This document shows positions 17,682 to 26,352 of a DNA stretch of 64,000 bases, piece by piece. Positions within the stretch are counted from its first letter, which is position 1; each line of letters starts with the position of its first letter. The translations under genes and the position numbers were made by a program. The notes beneath the pieces are model-generated. The model saw only the letters and a program-made list of their open reading frames with translations, did not search any database and was not told where the DNA came from. This DNA is from a virus (taxonomy: Duplodnaviria; Caudoviricetes). The stretch is taken from positions 1 to 64,000 of IMG/VR virus record IMGVR_UViG_3300037183_000125; one strand, 5' to 3'.

Positions 17682-18782
17682 ATGAAGAGCCCGTACGATG
17701 TCCTGGGCGTCGGGACGGAGGCGTCCGCGCAGGAAATATCGTCCGCCTACAGAAAGAAAGCGCTCCTCCATCACCCGGACCGCAACCCGGGTGACAAGGC
17801 CGCGGAGGCGCAATTCAGGGAAGCGACAGAAGCATACACCATCCTCTCGGACCCTGCCAAACGCCTGGACTATGACACCAAGGCCGCAGAGCAGGAAGGC
17901 CCGTTCAACGGCTTCCCGGGCCCCGGAAGCCCGGATTTTTTCAACAACATGTGGGGCGTCAACTTCGAGAACCGCAGCCCGTTCAACCGGGCCAGGCATG
18001 CGGGGAAGGACGTCGAGAAGGAGATAGAGCTCACGGTCGAGGAGTCGGTCCTCGGGACGATCAAGACCATTTCCACCGTGTCCGGGGGACAGTCCGTCTG
18101 CGGAAGGTGCGGAGGGTCCCGGGCGGAGCCCGGGACCAGGAAGATCCCGTGCACCCATTGTGCCGGCTCCGGGAAGGCCTTCTTCTTCCAGGCCCCGACC
18201 GGGGTCCCGCGCCGCCAGAAGTGCAGGCCCTGTAACGGGTACGGAGACATCCCGGTCCGAAAGTGCACCGCCTGCGAAGGCCATGGGACCGTCCGGACCT
18301 CCCGCGAGTTCTCGCTCAAGGTCCCGGCCGGCATATCCGACGGCCAGAAGCTGCGCCTGGCCGGGCAGGGCGAGGCCGGCGACGGCGGACCGCCGGGCGA
18401 CATGTACGTGACGGTCAAAGTGGTGGAGGGAGGCCGCTTTTCCCGGAGGGGGAACGATCTGCACACCGTCGTCCGCGTCCCGTTCCACGTCGCCCTCGGA
18501 AAACATGGGGCCTCGAAGCCGGCCCTCACGGTCCGGGGCATAGACTCGAGGGAGTACAGGATCGACCTGTCCTCGAGCTTCAGGCCCGGCGAGACGCAGT
18601 TCATCATCCGGGGCGCCGGCGTGGGCGGCATATCCGGCGCCCGCGGGAACATGCACGTCGTCCTGCACGTGGACATGCCGGAGGCCAGGACCCCGCGCGC
18701 CGCGGCCCTGTTGAGGGAGCTCGTGGACGAGCTCTCGCCGCCGGAGCCCGAACGGGACCCGCCCTCCCCGGACGACCTCTGA
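17682..18782 (+). CDS. dnaJ: DnaJ co-chaperone (J domain, zinc finger, C-terminal domain)
   Basis: PYDVLGV..HHPDRNPGD; four CxxCxGx(G) repeats; KVPAGISDGQKLRLAGQGE..GDMYV. Confidence 0.95.
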   Translation: MKSPYDVLGVGTEASAQEISSAYRKKALLHHPDRNPGDKAAEAQFREATEAYTILSDPAKRLDYDTKAAEQEGPFNGFPGPGSPDFFNNMWGVNFENRSPFNRARHAGKDVEKEIELTVEESVLGTIKTISTVSGGQSVCGRCGGSRAEPGTRKIPCTHCAGSGKAFFFQAPTGVPRRQKCRPCNGYGDIPVRKCTACEGHGTVRTSREFSLKVPAGISDGQKLRLAGQGEAGDGGPPGDMYVTVKVVEGGRFSRRGNDLHTVVRVPFHVALGKHGASKPALTVRGIDSREYRIDLSSSFRPGETQFIIRGAGVGGISGARGNMHVVLHVDMPEARTPRAAALLRELVDELSPPEPERDPPSPDDL

Positions 18783-19250
18783 TCACCCGTCGGCAATGAC
18801 GACGAGACGGTTGTCCCGCCAGGCCGAGACTATCGAGTCCGCGAGATCCTTGGCCTGAGAAGACTGCTCCGCGGTGCCTCCCGCCGGGACGTCGAAGGTC
18901 CAGCACATGGGGAACTCCGGCCCCCTCTTCGACCTGTGGCGGGTCGAACAGCGGACGGGGTCCGAGATGACGCAGAACTTCAGCTCCGCGCAGACCGGGA
19001 TGGAGAGCTTGGCAAGACACCCGACGGGGGGCGTCCTCACGTAGGCCTCGAGCGACTCCGGAAGGCCCGACTTCGCGTCCTCGATGGCGTCCCTCGGGGC
19101 CCTGGTGCACCGGGAAAGGACGGCGTCGGCCAGGCGGACGACGACGGGGTCGGTCAGGCACGGGATCGACTCCGGGTCGAGCTCGGACACCAGAATGTTC
19201 TCGCCGGTGCTGAGGGAGAGGCTGTACTCGACGAGCTCGACGGTGCGCAC
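18783..19250 (-). CDS. Hypothetical Cys-containing protein
   Basis: 155 aa ORF; TAGCGT 6 nt upstream of GTG. Confidence 0.6.
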   Translation of the reverse strand: MRTVELVEYSLSLSTGENILVSELDPESIPCLTDPVVVRLADAVLSRCTRAPRDAIEDAKSGLPESLEAYVRTPPVGCLAKLSIPVCAELKFCVISDPVRCSTRHRSKRGPEFPMCWTFDVPAGGTAEQSSQAKDLADSIVSAWRDNRLVVIADG

Positions 19251-19259
19251 GCCCGGACG

Positions 19260-19694
19260 CTACCCGGGGATGACGACCCACTCGCGATCCCTACAGCGCC
19301 AGGCCGTCCAGCACCCTCCGCTCTTGACGTGCGGGGGATTGCGGCCCTTGCAATGGTAGCACTCGCCGTAGTCCTCGCCCCGGAAGCCTAGAGGGAGCTC
19401 GCTGAGGGCAACCATGAGGACGAGGTCGGACGTCCTCGCTATCATCAGGTTCCGGGCCCTGTACCCGCCTGGCCCTTCCCAGGAGAGGACCTTCGGGGCG
19501 AAGACGATCATCTGGAGGCCCATGGCGGCGGCCTCCTCCTCGGCGAAGATGTCGACGCCGCCGAGCGGGCAGTGGCCGGAGACGAGTGCGGTCGCGCCGT
19601 GGCGGACGGCGGCCTCCCGGATCACCGCCCGGGCCAGCGCCTCCGTGGCGGACGTGAACTTCGCCTGCTCCGGGCCCACCACCCCAAGCTTCAA
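19260..19694 (-). CDS. SLOG-superfamily (YspA/DprA-like) nucleotide-binding protein
   Basis: LVSGHCPLGGVDIFAEEEA..FAP..W..GYRARNLMIARTSDLV; C-terminal CYHC..H..C. Confidence 0.75.
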   Translation of the reverse strand: MKLGVVGPEQAKFTSATEALARAVIREAAVRHGATALVSGHCPLGGVDIFAEEEAAAMGLQMIVFAPKVLSWEGPGGYRARNLMIARTSDLVLMVALSELPLGFRGEDYGECYHCKGRNPPHVKSGGCWTAWRCRDREWVVIPG

Positions 19695-20344
19695 GAGAGG
19701 CCATCCTCGGACATGACCAGCTCGGTGGCCAGGCTCATGTCCATCTTTTGCCGGAGCTTCCCGAGGACCTCCACCATCTCGTCCGTCTGCTCCCCCTTTG
19801 CCCGGTTCAGGTCGTAGGACACGGAGTCGAGGACGCGGCAGAAGCGGACATACTCGTGCAGCGAGGCCCTGGCCCTAAGCCGGCCGAGCTTCTCCTCGAG
19901 CATGAGCAAGACGCGCGGGACGTCCCCCCAGGCCTCCGACTCGTACTTCGACGAGCTCTTGTCGACGAGGGGCTCCGGGGCCTGCTCCTCCGGTCTCCGG
20001 TCGACCTTGATGTTAAACCGGCGCTCCAGCTCCCGGAGCGCGTCCATGAACGGGAGGCCCTTGAACTTCAGATACAGGTTCAGGGCATCCCAGTTTTCGT
20101 GGCAGCGGAAGCAACGGACGTAGTCGGACTTCCTCCCCGAGGCCGGGTAGTAGCGGGCGGCCATGGTCGCCGTATTCGGATGGAACGGACAAAACACAGA
20201 CACTGGGGTCTCGTCGTCCACGAGGTGCTCCCCATGTCCGTGCTCGTGCATGCATTGGAAGGCCGTGTACTTCTTTCGAACAGCCTCAGTCCGAGCCCTG
20301 ATCCAGTCTTGAGAGGAAGTGGTGAGACTTTTTATATGTTCCAT
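19691..20344 (-). CDS. Stand-alone CHC2 zinc-finger protein (DnaG primase ZBD-like)
   Basis: FCPFH..RCFRC..WDALNLY..GLPFMDALRELERRFNI; no TOPRIM domain. Confidence 0.8.
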   Translation of the reverse strand: MEHIKSLTTSSQDWIRARTEAVRKKYTAFQCMHEHGHGEHLVDDETPVSVFCPFHPNTATMAARYYPASGRKSDYVRCFRCHENWDALNLYLKFKGLPFMDALRELERRFNIKVDRRPEEQAPEPLVDKSSSKYESEAWGDVPRVLLMLEEKLGRLRARASLHEYVRFCRVLDSVSYDLNRAKGEQTDEMVEVLGKLRQKMDMSLATELVMSEDGLS

Positions 20345-20349
20345 GGAAC

Positions 20350-20991
20350 GTGCAACAAACTCACGAGAAAGAAAACTTCCTGAGGTCGTTCCTGAAAACG
20401 TGCGTGGAGCGCCGGGCTATCAAAGAATGCTCTCTGACGTTCTATCTTATACGAAAGTGGAAAGCGCAGGACCCAGATTTCAAGGCCAAGTATGAAGAAG
20501 TCCAGGCCAAGATCAGGGATGTGAAACGATGTTGGGGGTGCGGGCACGTCGGCCCACGCGACGACTTCAGGACGGAAAAAGGATCCAGATTCTTCCACCT
20601 GAGCGGGGTCTGCAGGTCCTGCGACAGTAAGAGGATCATCAAGAAGAACAGACGCTCGATGGAAGTCAAGCTCAACGAGCTTTTGAAGCGGACGAAGGCC
20701 AGGCGTCGCCCAGGAGGCAGAAACTGGCCTCACGAGAATACACTGACTCTCGAGTTCCTCCTCGCGCTCCTCGAAAAGCAAGGAGGGAAATGTTACTTCA
20801 CCGGTGTCGCTCTGGAGCACGACACGGATGACAAATCGAAGCTCGTCAGCATCGACCGACTAGAGCCGGGGCTCGGCTATGTCGAAGGAAACGTGGCCCT
20901 CGTTTCATGGTTAGTAAATCAGGTCAAGAGAGACATGAAAGAGGAAGAGTTCAGATCTCTTTGCGGCAAGATTTCGCCATACCGTGGTTGA
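20350..20991 (+). CDS. HNH-type homing endonuclease
   Basis: CWGC..CRSC, QGGKCYFTG..VSIDRLEPGLGYVEGNVALVSWLVNQVK; antisense to its neighbours. Start uncertain. Confidence 0.8.
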   Translation: MQQTHEKENFLRSFLKTCVERRAIKECSLTFYLIRKWKAQDPDFKAKYEEVQAKIRDVKRCWGCGHVGPRDDFRTEKGSRFFHLSGVCRSCDSKRIIKKNRRSMEVKLNELLKRTKARRRPGGRNWPHENTLTLEFLLALLEKQGGKCYFTGVALEHDTDDKSKLVSIDRLEPGLGYVEGNVALVSWLVNQVKRDMKEEEFRSLCGKISPYRG

Positions 20992-21073
20992 TCGTCTTCC
21001 CGCACTTTTGAATATAACGTCTTTCCGACGGAGTGATGGAGAACTCGATGCCGTGCTGATGGCCGTATGTTAG

Positions 21074-21805
21074 TCAGAGCATCAGCTCTCCCCAGCGCGC
21101 CTCGATCATGTTGGCGTACAGGACGCTCGGGAGCCCGTAGGCACCGAGCGCGTACGCGTCGTTCACCTCGACCAGGAGGGTGGTTCCGCCGCGCGTCACC
21201 CCGAAGTCTATGGAGTAGGCCCGCGGGGAAGACTTGTAGGCCTCCACCGCCTCCTCCACCACGCCGCGGCTCGGGACAACGGACCAGTCGCCGTTGTAAT
21301 GGCGGCAGCCGACTATCTTCCCGCCGTTGACGAAGCACCGGTACTCGGACACGAAGTCGACGCGCTCGGAGACCCAGACCTCGACGTCGTCGCCGAAGGT
21401 GGCGACGCGCATGCGGTCGCCGTCCGGGGAGCGCCAGACGAAGCCCGTGAAGAGCTTCTCCTTCACCGGCTTGAAGAACACGGGGTCGACCGTGCGCCGG
21501 ACCTTGCCGAGCGTGGACCGTCACACCTCCCGGCCGAGCCACGGCCGGAGCTCCTCCGGATAGTCGATGTTCGGCGGCCTTTGCTTCCCGAGCTGCGCGA
21601 GCGCGGCCAGGACGTCGCCGACGTAGCCGGACAGGGCGACCTCGGGGCCTAGATCCGAGAGCGTCGCGATGTCGCCGAAGACCTCGAACGGGGCCATCTC
21701 GACCCCGAGCTGCCGAAAACCGTCGTAGGCCGCAAACATGTTCGGGTTGTCGGGGTAGCCCTCACGGCATCGAATATAGACCTTGCGGAGAAAAGGCCTT
21801 GTCAC
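21074..21805 (-). pseudogene. ATP-grasp protein (DUF4343/R2K-like) interrupted by one in-frame TGA at 21521-21523
   Basis: Track ORFs 21521..21805 and 21074..21481 share a frame: IDYPEELRPWLGREV*RSTLGKV..PVFFKP..SEYRCFV..AYSIDFG..LLVEVNDAYALGAYG. Confidence 0.8.
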
Positions 21806-22680
21806 TTATCATCCCCGTCCATGGCATGGATGAGCTTCTCCGCCTTCACGGTGGCCGAGGACGTCGTCTCGGACAGGTCCCCCATGACCTGAGAGAACGC
21901 GGTCCAGGTGGCCTCGTCTATCTCGTCCGACTCGTCCGCGAGGACGGGCATGGCGTGCGCACCTTCGGTCGTCGCCAGGTAGCCTTCCCCCATCCGGTTC
22001 TGGAAGTCCGACCGCGCGAGATCCCGCATCGCCTCGTTGTGCCCGAACCCGTAGCTCGGCCTGATCATCGGGTGTACCCAGAACGGGACGAACGACCCGA
22101 GCATGGCGTGCCGGATCTTGTCGGTCCTGTTCACGCCGACGCCGTGCCAGAGGGCCCCATGACCGAGGAAAAGGGAGCCGGCCTTCGCCAGGATGGGCTG
22201 ACGTAGCCTGTGGTAGTCCGCGGTCGGGGCCTCGGGGACGATCTGGCTTCCAGGGACCACGAGGGTCGGGCCGCCGTCCTCGGTCACGTCGGTGAGGTAC
22301 CAGACCATCTGGACGCACAAGGCCGGGAAGGAGGACTCCGGGAGTCCGGACTTAGGCATGGCGAAGTACGGATAGTCAAAATGCGGCTCCATGCCGGGGG
22401 ACCCGGGCGGGACCGAGTTGCACCCGAGAGACCCGAACGCCGGCTTCGTCCCGAGGACTTTCCTGGCGATGTCGAGCAGCCTGGGGTCTAGCATCAGGTC
22501 CTGGACCTCGGGCTCCATGAGCACGTCCGGCCGATATCCTCCAGAGAAGACCTGACCCTTCGCCCCGATGAGCCCTGCCACGGCGTCCTCCGCGACCGAG
22601 AGGAGCGGGGCCGGGTCGAAGAAGTCCTCGAGCACGACGTAGCCGTCCCCGTACAGGATGGTGTTGACCTCCTTGCTCAT
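21802..22680 (-). CDS. PhyH-family 2-oxoglutarate/Fe(II) dioxygenase
   Basis: DGYVVLEDF, HxD (PHFD), WYLTDVTEDGGPTLVVPGS, AGS..LWHGVGVN..R. ATG 22680 overlaps the dnaB stop. Confidence 0.88.
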   Translation of the reverse strand: MSKEVNTILYGDGYVVLEDFFDPAPLLSVAEDAVAGLIGAKGQVFSGGYRPDVLMEPEVQDLMLDPRLLDIARKVLGTKPAFGSLGCNSVPPGSPGMEPHFDYPYFAMPKSGLPESSFPALCVQMVWYLTDVTEDGGPTLVVPGSQIVPEAPTADYHRLRQPILAKAGSLFLGHGALWHGVGVNRTDKIRHAMLGSFVPFWVHPMIRPSYGFGHNEAMRDLARSDFQNRMGEGYLATTEGAHAMPVLADESDEIDEATWTAFSQVMGDLSETTSSATVKAEKLIHAMDGDDK

Positions 22681-25475
22681 ACCGCGATGTCCATGTTGTA
22701 CATGCTCTCCAGGCCGACCGAGATCTTCTTCGCCGCGTTCACGATGACGTCCGCGTCGAGGTCGAGCATACCGGTCTCCATCGCGCGGATGCGCTTGGAG
22801 GTCCACAGAATCTTGCCAACCATCCTGTCGAACATCGGGTTGTCGCGGTTCTTAAGGTTGCCGAGGTAGAACTTCCCGTCGCGCCGGAGGTCCTCGCTCA
22901 AATATGTGTAGGTGATGACGTCCGCGGACTTCTCGATCTCGTTCGCGTACGAGATGGCCGCGATGTCATATCGACCGTCGTTCTTCTCCGCGCGCATCTT
23001 GCCCTGACGGTTCATCTGCCAGAGGCCGAGGAGCGGGACGCCCTTGCCGCGCGAGAAATTGAGCGCCATGAGGCGGGCGTCGCGCACGACCGCGTTCTGG
23101 GTCGCCACGTTGTCCTGGCTGTGGCGCTTGGGGGTGACGAGGCCAAGATGGTCGATAATGAGGCCGTCGCACCCGTACTTGTTGTCGAACATCTCGGCCT
23201 TGCGGCGTATGCCGGCGATGGTCCCCTCCTCGTCCTTCTTCGGGCGCCACACGTAGAGCTTGCCCTTGGCCGACTCCTGGAAGTCCTTGGCCACGATGCG
23301 CAGCCGCTGCTTGTCCTTCACCGAGAGCTCGCCGTCGCGGACCTTCCGATAGTCGAGCCCGACGTACCCGTCGTCCTTGTGCCACTCCGTGATGAACTTG
23401 CCGTGCGACGAGTGGATGACGTAAAGCTGCCTCCGAAGCTGGCTGTACGGCATCTCGAGGATGGCGTAGAAGATGTTCTTGCCGTACACCATCACGTTGT
23501 TGTAGGCGTAGTTCAGCGACAGCGTCGTGTTGTGAGACACGACGTCATCAACGACGAACGAATGGTGCTCCGGAACTGAAAGATCGTATGTCATCTCCTG
23601 GCCACGAGACACAACGCTCTCCACCTTCTCCCACATAAAGTCGCCGAGGTAGTGCTCTCGCACTTTATCATTAAGGCGAGCGAACGCCGCAACAACCTCC
23701 CCAGAGACCGTCTCCCTGCGACACTGGCTGGCGTGACGGACTCTCCCGTTCAATAAGACAGCCTTCGAGCCATCCGGAATGATGGAAGACGGATATTTGT
23801 CGTCGTCACGAAGAGATAACCTTCTCAGGATTTGTTCTTGTGAAGCCTCTTTCCCCACAATATTCACCTTTTCCAGGAAAGTCCGCTTGTTCTTGCTCCC
23901 GATAATCCTTGTCACGTAAACTTTGTAGGGGAGACCAAGGTATTCGATATCATAGTCTGTTACAGTCGAGTTAACCCCTATTCTAAGGAGCAAGGACTGA
24001 ACGTCGAGACAAAGCCACTCGGAGGTAGAATAATACTTTATGTCGTTCCGGCGCGAAGGGGATTCGCGGTCGTCCCTCTCGTGGTCTCCGGCGTGAAGAG
24101 AGCCATCCGTGGACCAGAGTCCACCGAGAAGAAGGCAAACTTGTTCCTCGGGGATCCCGAACAACTCATCCGGAATTCGCTTCGTAGCGGCGACCTTTCC
24201 GGCCATCCCGAGGCATTCGAGCAATTCTCTGACCGGGGAAACGAAGGACGTATTCCCGCCGCCCCCGGAGTTACTAACACGAACTCCAGGCGCCCTGTCT
24301 TTCGGGAACTCTTCCATGAAGTTCGGGGTCATCCTGTCGGCCAATCCTTCCCGAAGGCCCATGGATCTGAGACAGGATATGAAATCATGCCTGATCACAT
24401 CGTTCGACGCGGTCAGAGTGGTCCTCTTCCCTCCAACATATCCGTCCCCGAGAAGGTAGCCGACAACCTTGATTTCGTAGTCTGTGAAGGAATGATCGCA
24501 ATCCCTGACATTAGTTTTCTTCGGGACGGCGACGTAATCATCACAGCGTATGTCTTCAAGCTTCTTCCACCCTTTCAGGGTCAAAAATCCATGGTTCCCG
24601 GTGGCGGAAGTCCTCCTGCCTGAGGCAAGTCTCATCTCCATGATCTCGCGAACGCCGTTCTGGACAATGTGGTCGGCCTTCGCCAAGACCATCTTGTTCA
24701 TAGAACCTTCGCGGTAAACGGAGGAGACAGTCGGGAGGTCCCCGCTCTCAAACATCTCTTGCACAGAACGACGGCGTCCCTTGGAGTGATCGAAGATCTT
24801 TGACCCTCCAGGTATGCATTTGAGCTCTCCCGTGAACGCGGTGTGGACCCAGAACTCGCCGCGCCGGTGGCCCTTGCAGACGGAGTCGACTGGCTCGAGG
24901 CCGAACAGGTTGCGGTTCGCGAACTTGTCGACCTTCTCGGTCTTCTCGTACTCCTCCAGGAACTCGTCGGCGTCGTCGGTCACGACGGCCTCGAGCTTCT
25001 CTCCGCCCTCGACGCGGGCGAAGTCGTGAAGGTTCTCGTAGAGGAAGTCGACGGCGTCGACGACCCCGCGGAGCGTCACCTTCTTGCCGCCCGGCGCCTG
25101 CTGCGTCCGGCCGTGCTCGGCGATGGCCGAGGCGTCCCGGCACAGGATGGCGAGCCGCTTCGTCTGCTGCTGCTCCTGCTCCTGCCGTACGAGGGACAGG
25201 AAGTTGGTCGAGATGTGCCACTGGACCTTAGAGACCTCCTCGATCCGGGAGACCGCCTCGATGTCGTCCTGCTTCTCGAAGAACTCCCGCATGATGTCGA
25301 GCTCCGGGGGAGCCGCCATCTGGTCGTAGAACGTCCGGAGGTAGTCCAGGACATGCTTGTCCGCCTCGCTCTGGTGCTCCAGCTCGTAGTCCTGGAACTT
25401 CCTCCAGTTCATGAGGACGTCCTCGGCGTCCGGGACCGCGCCGACCTGGAACAAACTTCTGATGATCTTCTCCAC
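22677..25475 (-). CDS. dnaB: DnaB-like replicative helicase containing an intein
   Basis: Extein HTAFTGELK/TTLSLN, YAILEM, LIIDHLGLV, WQMNRQG, EKSADV, LKNRD. Start GTG 25475 lies right after the upstream stop. Confidence 0.9.
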   Translation of the reverse strand: MEKIIRSLFQVGAVPDAEDVLMNWRKFQDYELEHQSEADKHVLDYLRTFYDQMAAPPELDIMREFFEKQDDIEAVSRIEEVSKVQWHISTNFLSLVRQEQEQQQTKRLAILCRDASAIAEHGRTQQAPGGKKVTLRGVVDAVDFLYENLHDFARVEGGEKLEAVVTDDADEFLEEYEKTEKVDKFANRNLFGLEPVDSVCKGHRRGEFWVHTAFTGELKCIPGGSKIFDHSKGRRRSVQEMFESGDLPTVSSVYREGSMNKMVLAKADHIVQNGVREIMEMRLASGRRTSATGNHGFLTLKGWKKLEDIRCDDYVAVPKKTNVRDCDHSFTDYEIKVVGYLLGDGYVGGKRTTLTASNDVIRHDFISCLRSMGLREGLADRMTPNFMEEFPKDRAPGVRVSNSGGGGNTSFVSPVRELLECLGMAGKVAATKRIPDELFGIPEEQVCLLLGGLWSTDGSLHAGDHERDDRESPSRRNDIKYYSTSEWLCLDVQSLLLRIGVNSTVTDYDIEYLGLPYKVYVTRIIGSKNKRTFLEKVNIVGKEASQEQILRRLSLRDDDKYPSSIIPDGSKAVLLNGRVRHASQCRRETVSGEVVAAFARLNDKVREHYLGDFMWEKVESVVSRGQEMTYDLSVPEHHSFVVDDVVSHNTTLSLNYAYNNVMVYGKNIFYAILEMPYSQLRRQLYVIHSSHGKFITEWHKDDGYVGLDYRKVRDGELSVKDKQRLRIVAKDFQESAKGKLYVWRPKKDEEGTIAGIRRKAEMFDNKYGCDGLIIDHLGLVTPKRHSQDNVATQNAVVRDARLMALNFSRGKGVPLLGLWQMNRQGKMRAEKNDGRYDIAAISYANEIEKSADVITYTYLSEDLRRDGKFYLGNLKNRDNPMFDRMVGKILWTSKRIRAMETGMLDLDADVIVNAAKKISVGLESMYNMDIAV
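23529..24818 (-). mobile_element. Intein (430 aa) with LAGLIDADG endonuclease, inserted in the DnaB P-loop
   Basis: K|CIPGGS..ATGNHGFLT..GYLLGDG..GGLWSTDGS..TYDLSVPEHHSFVVDDVVSHN|T; lower GC than the exteins. Confidence 0.93.
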
Positions 25476-25476
25476 G

Positions 25477-26352
25477 CTATTTCCTGAACTTCGACTTGGA
25501 CTGGGTGACGCCGACGCCGTAGACGGACCCAAGGTTACCGACGGTCTCGTCCTCAGGCTCCTGCTTCCTCTTCGGGCGGCGCTCGGGCTCCGCCTCCGGG
25601 TCGTGGCCAATCTTCGGGCCGCGCCGCGCCGGCCTGTCCTGCTGCGCCGGGTCCGGCTCGAGGCTGACGACCGGGGCGATGTTCGCCATGAAGTCCTTGA
25701 CGACCTCCTCGTCCTTCCTGTTGATACGCGGGATGGATATCCTCTTGAAGTTGGCGGCGACTATCTCGATGAGCTCGTCCGAGTACGAGAAGCTCGCCTG
25801 GTTGAAGGGTCGGTCGATGTCGCACAGGAGCCAGGTCGGCTTCCCGTAGTCGACCCTCGTCTTGACGGCGTCGATGAGGACGCCACCCGCTGCCTTGTTC
25901 TTGTTGGACAGCGTGTTGAGGCGGATCACCACGAGGTCCGGAGGACTGACGAGCTCGGAGATGTTGTTGTAGATGACGCCGACGTAGTCAGCGCTCTTCG
26001 ACGCCTTCCCCATGCTGCCGACGTAGGCCGCCAGGAGCTCCTGCTCGTCGACGATGGAGATGTGCCCGTTGGTCCCGGTCATCATCATGACCTTGACGAT
26101 GGCGCGCATGTCGCTCCAGCTGGCGTCGATGAACAGGTTGGCCTTCGGCGACCGGACCATCGGCAGGCCTACGTGCTCGCGGGCGACCGAGGCCTGCTTG
26201 ATGTACAGGGGCATGCCGGCGGCGACGCGCTTGAGGTGGCCGCACATGCACTCGAACGGGACCTCCTTGACCAGGCACCAGCCCTGGCCGTTGCACGGGT
26301 CGCACCAGACGATCTTCGGCCGAACCTTCTCCTTATGCTTCTCTTCCGTCAT
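25477..26352 (-). CDS. Putative DnaC/IstB-like helicase loader with degenerate ATPase motifs
   Basis: CDPCNGQGW..CMC N-terminus, NLFI.., PDLVVIRL, TRVDYGKPTWLL; directly upstream of dnaB. Confidence 0.6.
   Translation of the reverse strand: MTEEKHKEKVRPKIVWCDPCNGQGWCLVKEVPFECMCGHLKRVAAGMPLYIKQASVAREHVGLPMVRSPKANLFIDASWSDMRAIVKVMMMTGTNGHISIVDEQELLAAYVGSMGKASKSADYVGVIYNNISELVSPPDLVVIRLNTLSNKNKAAGGVLIDAVKTRVDYGKPTWLLCDIDRPFNQASFSYSDELIEIVAANFKRISIPRINRKDEEVVKDFMANIAPVVSLEPDPAQQDRPARRGPKIGHDPEAEPERRPKRKQEPEDETVGNLGSVYGVGVTQSKSKFRK

Noticed and set aside
14640-18668. 1342 aa version of the polymerase ORF
   Set aside because: The first ~340 aa are the antisense shadow of dnaJ; polymerase motifs and a TATAAT box place the start near 17642.
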